Source: a virus
Taxonomy: Duplodnaviria; Caudoviricetes
Virus record (IMG/VR): IMGVR_UViG_3300014656_000102
Location: 1 to 28,143 of that record
Reading direction: 5' to 3' (one strand)
DNA length: 28,143 bases
Shown here: positions 6,806 through 14,814 of the stretch, piece after piece
Numbering within the stretch: position 1 is the stretch's first letter
Layout of the letters: the number at the start of each line of letters is the position of its first letter
Notes under the pieces: model-generated
Databases searched by the model: none
Told to the model about the DNA's origin: nothing
Seen by the model: the letters and a program-made list of their open reading frames with translations, nothing else
Translations under genes and position numbers: made by a program

Positions 6806-9241
6806 GTGGGCTTCATAAGCAAGATCCGAAAAATTTTTAATCTTAGCCTCACCGATCCGAAAGCATGGGATCGCTCGCTTTGGAACCTCTACGGCGCGCA
6901 ATCGCTATCAGGCGAGATAGTCACCGAAGAAACCGCTCTGACTTACTCCGCAGTTTATAACGCCATATCCCTCATATCCGGCACTGTCGGCAGTCTTCCG
7001 CTGCATTTGATGCAGAAGCAGGGCAAGGATAAGCAGAATTTTGATCAACTTCCGCTTTATCGCGTGATGCACGACCAGTGGAATCCGTACATGACGGCTA
7101 TGGCCGGGCGCGAGACGTTGACTTCGCACATTTTGGCATGGGGCAACGGGTATGCTGAGATTGTTAGGAACGGATATAGAGATATTGTCGAATTATGGCC
7201 GATCACTCCCGACCGGATTGTGGCGATACGAATAGTTGACGGCGACCTAAAATATGACATTCGCGTTGGAAATGAGACGATAACGCTTCCAAGGCGGCAG
7301 ATTTTGCACATTCCGGGGCTTGGTTTTGACGGTTTCAGAGGGTATTCGGTTGTTTCTATGGCGGCAAAGTCCATCGGCCTGGGCATGGCACTTGAGACAT
7401 TCGGGAGTCTATACTTTGGGCAGGGCACGCACCCGGGGATTGTTGTAAGCCATCCGAATCAGCTGAACACGGAAGCACACAAGAATTTAAAAACGTCATT
7501 GACCGAAACATACTCAGGATTGGGGAAATCTCATCGGCTCATGCTCCTTGAAGATGGTATGAAACTTGAAAATATCGGTATTCCGCCAAACGATTCTCAG
7601 TTTTTAGAGTGTGTCACGCCAGATACTTTATTTTCGATGTATGATGGTTCTCTTGTCCCCGCTAAACATATTAACATTGGTGATATCATTATTGGATGGT
7701 CTGATGGCAAGCCTATCCCAGCAAAAGTAAAAGTTGTTGCACCTCCAAAAAATAAAAGGCTTATCAAAATTAGAACGGCAAGGGGCAGGGAGTTGATAGC
7801 TTCGGAAGATCACCCATGCTTGGGCATTGTTAAACTTAGGACTCCTGGTGGTCGAATCCATAAAAATAATCCTGAAAAATGGATACCATTAAAAGATATT
7901 GAGGTTGGGAATTATCTCAGGATTGGACTCGGGATGCCTGAAACGAATAGCGGTATGTCTTTTTTGGAGGCTTATTTTTTAGGTGCAATGGTAGGGGACG
8001 GATATATAAGAAAGGGATGTTGTACTTTCTGCTCTGATAACGTCGGAATAATTCAAAAAGTAAGAAATGCATGTCTGTCATTAAACGGTGATTTAAAAGA
8101 ACGAAAAACAAAAGGCAATTCTTATAACCATGAAATAATAACTAATGGGGTTGGGGTTAAGGGCTCACCCATCAGGACCCTCTTAAATATTTCAGGGCTT
8201 GTTGGGAAACATTCACATACAAAATTTGTGCCGGAGATCATTTTTACCGGCGGTCCAGATGCATGGAGAGGTTTTTTGTCTGGATTTTTTGATACTGACG
8301 GAAGCATTAGAGACTCATCTGGGAAACAAACTCCAGCATTATACTGGGCAAGTACAAGCATTGAGTTATTGAAGGGATGCCAGCATTTGCTTGATATGCT
8401 TGGGATACAGTCAGCTATATACAAAATGTACAATGGTGGGACAAAGAAAATAATGGGGCAGATGTGCGAAACCAAGAAATCTTGGGGCCTCTATGTAATG
8501 TCAAATAGCCAACTTGGGAAAGCTGCGGATATATTATCATTATCCCATAGTGAAAAAGCTACCCGTCTACTTAAATATGTCAATCCAGGTAATAGCCGAT
8601 ATAGAGAAATAAACTTTCTTTATGATAGGGTGATTTCCGTTGGAAGTCTCGGAGAAGGCAAAACAATCGGAATAGAAATAGAAGGTTGCCATACACATAT
8701 AACGAACGGACTTGTAACGCACAATTCCAGGCAATTCCAGATCCCGGAAATTGCTCGATGGTTCAACCTTCCGCCGCACAAACTTAAGGATCTAACAAAA
8801 TCGAGTTTTAACAACATCGAAGCGGAGCAGACATCATTTGTCATGGATTCGATTTTGCCGTGGCTGGTCCGATTTGAACAAAATTACAATATGCAACTGC
8901 TTTCAAAGTCAGAAAAAGAGCAGAAAAGACTATATTTGAAGCACATTGTCGAAGGGTTGCTTCGGGCAAACTCAAAGGACAGGGCCGAATATTACAAGTT
9001 GATGGTTGGCAATGGGCTCATGACACCTAACGAGGTTAGAGAAAAAGAGGACATGAACCCGAGTGCCGATCCGTTGATGGATGAACACTGGATGCCGACC
9101 GGTCTCATACCATTGAGCAAATTTGACGAATATCTATCCAAAAACCAGGGGAAGCCGTCATTGGGTACGCTTCAACAGGTCGAACCAGGGACCGTGACCG
9201 CGCGGCTGATTGAAATGCACAAAAAAACGGGGGAATCATAA
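6806..9241 (+). CDS. HK97-family portal protein interrupted by an intein
   Basis: ALTYSAVYNAISLISGTVGSLPL, WGNGYAEI, ILHIPGLGFDG..GYS, EIARWFNLPPHKL, SFNNIE, MTPNEVREKE. The spliced product would be 439 aa. Confidence 0.96.
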   Translation: MGFISKIRKIFNLSLTDPKAWDRSLWNLYGAQSLSGEIVTEETALTYSAVYNAISLISGTVGSLPLHLMQKQGKDKQNFDQLPLYRVMHDQWNPYMTAMAGRETLTSHILAWGNGYAEIVRNGYRDIVELWPITPDRIVAIRIVDGDLKYDIRVGNETITLPRRQILHIPGLGFDGFRGYSVVSMAAKSIGLGMALETFGSLYFGQGTHPGIVVSHPNQLNTEAHKNLKTSLTETYSGLGKSHRLMLLEDGMKLENIGIPPNDSQFLECVTPDTLFSMYDGSLVPAKHINIGDIIIGWSDGKPIPAKVKVVAPPKNKRLIKIRTARGRELIASEDHPCLGIVKLRTPGGRIHKNNPEKWIPLKDIEVGNYLRIGLGMPETNSGMSFLEAYFLGAMVGDGYIRKGCCTFCSDNVGIIQKVRNACLSLNGDLKERKTKGNSYNHEIITNGVGVKGSPIRTLLNISGLVGKHSHTKFVPEIIFTGGPDAWRGFLSGFFDTDGSIRDSSGKQTPALYWASTSIELLKGCQHLLDMLGIQSAIYKMYNGGTKKIMGQMCETKKSWGLYVMSNSQLGKAADILSLSHSEKATRLLKYVNPGNSRYREINFLYDRVISVGSLGEGKTIGIEIEGCHTHITNGLVTHNSRQFQIPEIARWFNLPPHKLKDLTKSSFNNIEAEQTSFVMDSILPWLVRFEQNYNMQLLSKSEKEQKRLYLKHIVEGLLRANSKDRAEYYKLMVGNGLMTPNEVREKEDMNPSADPLMDEHWMPTGLIPLSKFDEYLSKNQGKPSLGTLQQVEPGTVTARLIEMHKKTGES
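7610..8725 (+). mobile_element. intein (372 aa) with a LAGLIDADG/DOD homing endonuclease
   Basis: Junctions QFLE|CVTPDT and LVTHN|SRQFQ (Cys1, His-Asn end, Ser+1). Block B ASEDHP; LAGLIDADG motifs YFLGAMVGDG and FLSGFFDTDG. Removing it restores the portal motif DSQFLESRQFQ. Confidence 0.95.
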
Positions 9242-10137
9242 TGTTAACCGTTAGAAAAATGGCAACAAGGGCGATCTATAATCGCCAGGAAATACAGGCT
9301 AAGCAAGGCGAAAAGACCGTTTATATTTATAGTGACATTGGCGGTTGGTTTGGCATGGATCACGAAGAATGGGTCAAGGAATTCAACGCGATTGATGCCG
9401 GCACCATTCACGTCCGTATTGATTCATCTGGCGGCGACATATTCGCGGCACGAACGATGAAAACGGCGATTTTGCAGCATAAAGCGAAAGTGATTGTTCA
9501 CATTGACGGCATTGCGGCATCGGCGGCCAGTTTTTTAGCTATGGGTGCAGACGAAATCGAGATTGTCGATGGCGGTTTTTTTATGATCCATAACGCTTTG
9601 AGCTTTCTCGATATCTTCGGATATTTCAACGCGGACGATTTGGCAGCGTTGATCAAGGATATCGGAAAGGAAAAAGAACTGCACGCAAAAATCAACGAAT
9701 CGATCGCAAACGATTACGTCAAAAAGACGGGAAACGACCAGGCGAAAGTCCTGGATTGGATGGCCGCTGAAACATGGTTTACGGCAAAAGAGGCCGTTGA
9801 GAACGGATTCGCGGATCGGATTTATGATGGCGAACCGCTTGAGGGGAGCTATGACCTATCGATTTTTGCCAATACGCCACAATCAATCAAAGATCGAACA
9901 GCAAAACTTTCAAAACGAACGCTTGAAAAAGCTCTACGGGACGCAGGGCTTTCAAATAAAGAAGCAAAAAAGATCCTTGCGGAAGGATTTAAGGACGACC
10001 AGCGGGACGTTGGAACGCCTGCAGATCCGCCGCCGGTAAAGACTGTTCAACGGGACGTTGAGCCACTAAAGCCGAAAAAGGATAGAGTGAGCGACTTATT
10101 AACCAGGGCCGAAGTAGCAGCCCCATCAGTAATTTAA
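9241..10137 (+). CDS. ClpP-like (S14) prohead maturation protease
   Basis: VRIDSSGGD, IDGIAASAAS (catalytic Ser), FMIHNA (His), ETWFTAKEAVENGFAD; located between portal and capsid. Confidence 0.93.
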   Translation: MLTVRKMATRAIYNRQEIQAKQGEKTVYIYSDIGGWFGMDHEEWVKEFNAIDAGTIHVRIDSSGGDIFAARTMKTAILQHKAKVIVHIDGIAASAASFLAMGADEIEIVDGGFFMIHNALSFLDIFGYFNADDLAALIKDIGKEKELHAKINESIANDYVKKTGNDQAKVLDWMAAETWFTAKEAVENGFADRIYDGEPLEGSYDLSIFANTPQSIKDRTAKLSKRTLEKALRDAGLSNKEAKKILAEGFKDDQRDVGTPADPPPVKTVQRDVEPLKPKKDRVSDLLTRAEVAAPSVI

Positions 10138-10160
10138 ATTTAATTTTGGAGGGAAAACAG

Positions 10161-11480
10161 ATGAAGACCTTGACCCAATACCGAGACGACATAAAAAATC
10201 TTATGAAAAAAGCAGCCGACATTGATGCGAAATGCGTCAATGAAAATCGGGAAATCACCGAGGCAGAGCTTGCCTTAAAAAACGAACTACTTGAAACCGT
10301 GGAAGACATTCAGAAAATCGTTGTTACGATGGAACGACAGGATCGCATCCATCGGTCGCTGGAAGCTCCAGAGCCGGTGCAGACACAACCTGTTGCAGTC
10401 TCTGGCATTAAGGTCGGTGTTAACCGGGCGAGCAAAGACCGATTTACCAGCTTTGGTGAGCAGATGGCGGCTGTTTTGAATGCTGCACGTCCCGGCGCTG
10501 GTGTTGACCCCAGGCTTTTCAATGCGGCTACCGGCATGGGAGAAACCGTACCCGCCGATGGGGGCTTTCTGGTCCAGCAGGATTTTAGCAATGAACTTTT
10601 GGCCCAGGTTTACGAGACTGGAATACTTGCGCCGAAGTGTCGCAGGATTCAAATCAGTGGAACCGCCAATTCGATGAAGATCAACGGTGTTGATGAAACA
10701 AGCCGAGTTGCTACCAGGTCCGGTGGGATTATCGGATACTGGATTGATGAAGCTGGCGACAAAACGGCAAGCAAGCCGAAGTTTCGGCAGATCGAGTTGA
10801 ATCTTCACAAACTGATCGGGCTTGTGTATTCGACCGATGAGCTTTTGACCGATGCTGTCGCGCTCGAAGCCTTTATCAGACAAGCATTTGTGGCAGAATT
10901 CGGGTATCTGCTTGACGAAGCCATCGTGAACGGGACCGGAGCAGGCCAGCCGATGGGCATTTTAAATTCGGGCAGCCTCGTCACTGTTGCAAAGGAAAAT
11001 GGCCAGACAACGCCAACGGTTATGGCTGAGAACATTATGAAAATGCGGTCGCGGCTGTTTGCATCATCTAGGCAGTATTCGGTTTGGCTGATTAACCAAA
11101 ACGTCGAGCCCCAGCTTCATTCCATGAGTCTTGCGGTTGGCACTGGCGGAGTTCCGGTTTACATGCCGGCAGGCGGATTGTCGAATCTTCCGTATGATAC
11201 TCTATACGGACGGCCCGTTTATCCGATCGAGCAATGCCAGACCCTCGGAACGGTGGGCGACATCATTTTGGCCGATTTCAATAACGGGTATATCATCGCG
11301 GAGAAAGGCGGGATTCAGTCGGATATGAGCATACACGTGGCTTTTGTCAGCGACCAAAGTTTATTCCGTTTTGTGATGCGTGTGGATGGCCAACCCGTAA
11401 GGGCTTCCGCATTAACACCGGCAAAGGGTGGAGCGGATTACACGCAAAGCCATTTTGTCACGCTTGCGACAAGATCCTGA
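10161..11480 (+). CDS. major capsid protein (HK97 fold)
   Basis: Coiled-coil N-terminal delta domain, DGGFLV, GTGAGQPMGILN, LYGRPV, GDIILADF, FRFVMRVDG. GGAGGG RBS supports ATG 10161. Confidence 0.96.
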   Translation: MKTLTQYRDDIKNLMKKAADIDAKCVNENREITEAELALKNELLETVEDIQKIVVTMERQDRIHRSLEAPEPVQTQPVAVSGIKVGVNRASKDRFTSFGEQMAAVLNAARPGAGVDPRLFNAATGMGETVPADGGFLVQQDFSNELLAQVYETGILAPKCRRIQISGTANSMKINGVDETSRVATRSGGIIGYWIDEAGDKTASKPKFRQIELNLHKLIGLVYSTDELLTDAVALEAFIRQAFVAEFGYLLDEAIVNGTGAGQPMGILNSGSLVTVAKENGQTTPTVMAENIMKMRSRLFASSRQYSVWLINQNVEPQLHSMSLAVGTGGVPVYMPAGGLSNLPYDTLYGRPVYPIEQCQTLGTVGDIILADFNNGYIIAEKGGIQSDMSIHVAFVSDQSLFRFVMRVDGQPVRASALTPAKGGADYTQSHFVTLATRS

Positions 11481-11489
11481 TATTACTGA

Positions 11490-11600
11490 TGCCGATTTTG
11501 CAATGGCAGGGCGAATTATAATCGGGAATTTTGGGAAGCAGGTTACATGGAGATCATTCGCCAGAAGTATGAAGCGGATGAACAACGAATAGCAGTTTAA
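11490..11600 (+). pseudogene. C-terminal remnant of an HNH endonuclease
   Basis: A start-less frame reads CRFCNGRANYNREFWEAGYMEIIRQKYEADEQRIAV*, resembling the CxxC-N-xxxN-xNRxxW tail of phage HNH endonucleases. Confidence 0.55.
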
Positions 11601-11605
11601 AAACT

Positions 11606-11652
11606 AATTACCGGACAACCCGGTAATTTTAAAAATGCCGGACGACCCGGCA
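11606..11652 (+). promoter_or_regulatory. twin RNA hairpins with near-identical cores
   Basis: AATTACCGG-acaac-CCGGTAATT (11606-11628) and TGCCGG-acgac-CCGGCA (11636-11652), directly before the GGGAGG RBS. Confidence 0.6.
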
Positions 11653-11666
11653 GGGAGGATTTAAAC

Positions 11667-12338
11667 ATGGAAGGGTACGGAAAAAAATATCATCTTGATG
11701 TCGGTTGGAGTCCAATCGACAAAAACGGCGGTGGCCAGAGCAATATCGTTTGCTTAAAAAATTATGAAATGGCCGAGTTCTGGATCATCACCGGCGCGGC
11801 TGTAACTGCTTCGGCAGCGGTCACGATGTTTCAGGGGCCGACAATTACCACGGCAGCGACCGCGCTGGCGTTTAGCCGGTACTTTGATTCAGGATGCCGG
11901 CTGAAATATGACGGCGAATCTTCAGGAGTCGCCGCAGCGGCAGGGGAAACCGCGATTGGAACATCAACGGCCAGCGGGTACGTTTACGAGGACCTCGGAA
12001 ACGAGGTAATCCTTTATGGCCGCGATGAAACCGCTTACGTCGACAACGAGGTTTTGACCTTCAGCGGCGGGAAAACGGCAGTCGTCAACGGAACTTTGTT
12101 TGCCGAGGACATTATGATCCCCCGGGTAGCAACGGCCAACACGTTTAATATTACGTTGGTCCACGATGCAAACAGACGGTTCATGGTGCCGATATCAGCT
12201 TCAATGCTCACGGCTCCGAATGATTGTGTAGCGTTGACCATCGGCGACCCCGGAACTCCATCGCTCATGACCTGCTTTGTGATCCTGACAGAGTGCCGGT
12301 ATGCCAACATGCCGATGCCGACGGCGATTTACAACTAA
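11667..12338 (+). CDS. putative capsid decoration/cement protein with an internal inserted module
   Basis: First intact gene after the capsid gene. Beta-rich, with pattern SPID...LKNY...ALAF...VIL..CRY as seen in post-capsid decoration proteins. Strong RBS. Confidence 0.55.
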   Translation: MEGYGKKYHLDVGWSPIDKNGGGQSNIVCLKNYEMAEFWIITGAAVTASAAVTMFQGPTITTAATALAFSRYFDSGCRLKYDGESSGVAAAAGETAIGTSTASGYVYEDLGNEVILYGRDETAYVDNEVLTFSGGKTAVVNGTLFAEDIMIPRVATANTFNITLVHDANRRFMVPISASMLTAPNDCVALTIGDPGTPSLMTCFVILTECRYANMPMPTAIYN

Positions 12339-12417
12339 CCATTAATCGGGCGGTCTTAAATGGCCGCCCATATAACCGGGTGGGGTCCGAACAGGATCAG
12401 CCTAAAGGAGATCAATC

Positions 12418-12930
12418 ATGAGTTATTACAGTCCTTCAACGATAGCCAGAATCGCCGATATCAATTATGGCCTGCGGGTAGATACTGCTATAATAGCAGG
12501 GGCAACTTTATCGACAGCTAACCCGACACTCACGACCCTTTTCAATGTAGTCGGCGGCAGGGTTCTCGTTCGCCAGTTGGTCGGAGAAGCCTATGTGACT
12601 CTAGTAGGCGCTGGATGTTTGGTTAAATTTGGCTTTACGCCTACTGGCGGAGCGCAAGTTGACCTGACGGCTGTTTCACTTGATGCCGGATCAGGTGCAT
12701 GGGCGAAAGGCATACGCCTTATTCTCGGAGCTGCAATCGGTGGGACCACCACTTTCAGTGCCATCGGGGTTTCGGTAGCGAAGGCCGTCGATCCTTATAT
12801 TTTGGGCCAGATTGGACTCGGTGGGGCAATAGTGTTTCATGCCACGACCGCAGCATTTTCAGCAGGATCGGCAAAGTTTTCGGTCTGGTATGTTCCGTTT
12901 GATGACGGTTCTTATATCGAAGCGGCATAA
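12418..12930 (+). CDS. hypothetical virion structural protein (Gly/Ala/Thr-rich, beta)
   Basis: AAGGAG RBS; composition and position within the head module. Confidence 0.65.
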   Translation: MSYYSPSTIARIADINYGLRVDTAIIAGATLSTANPTLTTLFNVVGGRVLVRQLVGEAYVTLVGAGCLVKFGFTPTGGAQVDLTAVSLDAGSGAWAKGIRLILGAAIGGTTTFSAIGVSVAKAVDPYILGQIGLGGAIVFHATTAAFSAGSAKFSVWYVPFDDGSYIEAA

Positions 12931-12942
12931 AGGGGGTGAATC

Positions 12943-13143
12943 ATGGCTATCGAAAAAGTGGCTACGGTTACACCTTACCAAGGAGTGCTGGCCGACCTCG
13001 ACGAACTCACGGACACGGCGGCATATCCGGCAGGATCGCTTTTTCATGCGGTTGATACCGGCGATGAATTTGTACGTTATGCCGATGGCTGGATCTTGGA
13101 TTTGCGGAAGGCAAGGGCGATCAAACGTGCAGAATTGCTCTAA
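12943..13143 (+). CDS. hypothetical protein (66 aa)
   Basis: GGGGGTG RBS; PAGSLFHAVDTGDEF..GW resembles short fibre or decoration modules. Confidence 0.6.
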   Translation: MAIEKVATVTPYQGVLADLDELTDTAAYPAGSLFHAVDTGDEFVRYADGWILDLRKARAIKRAELL

Positions 13144-13172
13144 AAATTTATAAATAACGGAGGTTGAATATT

Positions 13173-13784
13173 ATGTTTGCCAAAATAGGACGAAATACTC
13201 CAGCATCGACAGGGACGAATCCGCTCCGGGGGAATAGTCTCGGCAGCCTCGTTGTCGAAGCCGGCTATCAGGACAAAACACAGGCCGGGAAGCATTACTT
13301 CGCTTTTTGTCAGGGTCAGAACGTTGCGCTTTATACCGCAACGGCACAAATTGGGCTGGTTGTTTATAACCCGGCGACCAGCGGCGTTAACATGATCCCA
13401 AAACTATGGAGCATCACTGTTTGGGCGACCTCTGCGGCCATGACCGGAATGGTGATGGCTGTCAGCGCACAGACGATCGTGCCGACGACCCCGACGGTAG
13501 CGACATTGACCGGGAAATCACTATTGACTGGATCGACCGGACTTGCAGCGGGATCATGTGTTGCTTATTCGGTTGCAACAATTCAGACTGCGCCTGTTAT
13601 CGCATGGCCGCTTTTCCACAACACGGCTGCAATCAATATCGTTGGAGCGGAAGTTATCGGCGGAGACCTGAAAGGTGCTATTGGATTTGCACCCGGAACG
13701 GTTTGCGTTATCGGAGCCCTCGGGGCGGCCGGTGTTACTGTTGACATTGGTTTGACCTGGGACGAAGTACCGATCGGTCTATAA
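13173..13784 (+). CDS. hypothetical virion structural protein
   Basis: GGAGG RBS favours ATG 13173; motifs NPATSGVN and C-terminal LTWDEVP; followed by a terminator. Confidence 0.65.
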   Translation: MFAKIGRNTPASTGTNPLRGNSLGSLVVEAGYQDKTQAGKHYFAFCQGQNVALYTATAQIGLVVYNPATSGVNMIPKLWSITVWATSAAMTGMVMAVSAQTIVPTTPTVATLTGKSLLTGSTGLAAGSCVAYSVATIQTAPVIAWPLFHNTAAINIVGAEVIGGDLKGAIGFAPGTVCVIGALGAAGVTVDIGLTWDEVPIGL

Positions 13785-13804
13785 GCGATCAGTTTTTAAA
13801 CTTT

Positions 13805-13843
13805 AAATATGGCGGCAGGTTTAACACCGCCGCCATATTTTTT
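13805..13843 (+). terminator. Rho-independent terminator
   Basis: Stem AAATATGGCGGC / GCCGCCATATTT followed by a T-run. Confidence 0.8.
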
Positions 13844-13854
13844 AAGAGGCCGAT

Positions 13855-14321
13855 ATGATATTGGATGCTAACGCCGATAAATATTTCAAGGGACTTTTAT
13901 GTAAGACTGGGGATGATACTTATCAGGTTCCGCGCATTGATGCGAGCACCCATGCCATAACAACGATTGAACATGAGCATCACGAAATCCACGACGGAAG
14001 TTCATTAACCGTGACCGTAACAATAACAAGATAAGCGGAGCGATGGACAATGCGACAGCGCATACTACAAATAAGGTGACCACTTTTGACGAGACAGAAC
14101 TTGCAGCAGCTAATTTTACTGCAGGAACCATTATCAGGACGGAGCCTATTGCTATCGGCACTGGACCGAAGCCAGCGGGAGGAGATTTCAGGGGAGCACA
14201 GGAATATATTTTAAAGCGCAATACGCCATATGTTTTTCTCTTAACGAATCTTGGCGCCGACGCAAACGTACATCATGTTTTTATTGACTGGTACGAACAT
14301 TTTCCAAAGGGGGAACAATGA
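13855..14321 (+). pseudogene. frameshifted (probably internally deleted) His-rich structural gene
   Basis: 13855-14034 encodes MILDANADK...IEHEHHEIHDGSS. The -1 frame from 14004 continues INRDRNNNKISGAMDNA...EYILKRNTPY...IDWYEH into ORF 14043-14321, whose stop overlaps the next start. Confidence 0.55.
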
Positions 14322-14812
14322 GACTTGACCCGGAAACCGATTCACAAAATGTAATTTATATCAATAGCCTAAGTTTGGTAGACATTACGCTTTCACTCGA
14401 CACAAACATTTATGCAAGCGGCGATGTGCTTGCGGCGACGCAAGAGGTCGCGGGGGCCGTGCGGTTGGTGGGTGGAACGGGTGTAATACAGTCGCTTGTC
14501 GTGCTTGACAAAGACGATCTCGCGTTAGCTCTGGACATTGTATTTTTGCAAACCAACGTATCAATCGGAACCGAGAACGATGCTGTGAGCATAACCGATA
14601 CCAACGCAGGCCAGATTCTTGGGATTGTTGAGATAGCCGCCAGCGATTACGTCGATTTAGTCGGATCTCAGCTTGCCACAATGGGTAGTTTGAGCATTCT
14701 TGCCAAAGCCGCCACTATCAGTACATCACTATTTGTTGCGGCGATTTCCAGGGCTGCCGGAACATATTCGGCAGCTGGGATAACGCTTAAAATCGGTATC
14801 TTGAGGGATTAA
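14318..14812 (+). CDS. hypothetical virion structural protein
   Basis: ATGA overlap with GGGGA RBS; beta-rich, with a YASGDVL motif. Confidence 0.65.
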   Translation: MRLDPETDSQNVIYINSLSLVDITLSLDTNIYASGDVLAATQEVAGAVRLVGGTGVIQSLVVLDKDDLALALDIVFLQTNVSIGTENDAVSITDTNAGQILGIVEIAASDYVDLVGSQLATMGSLSILAKAATISTSLFVAAISRAAGTYSAAGITLKIGILRD

Positions 14813-14814
14813 TA

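Noticed and set aside
8722-8740. Direct repeat CAATTCCAG-g-CAATTCCAG at the intein C-terminal junction as a target-site duplication
   Set aside because: Inteins home without duplications, no copy exists at the N-terminal junction, and the sequence is explained by the codons for HN-SRQFQ.
10287-10883. Long minus-strand ORFs opposite the capsid gene (likewise 26269-26910 and 24589-25053)
   Set aside because: They are antisense to well-supported genes and have no recognisable motifs.
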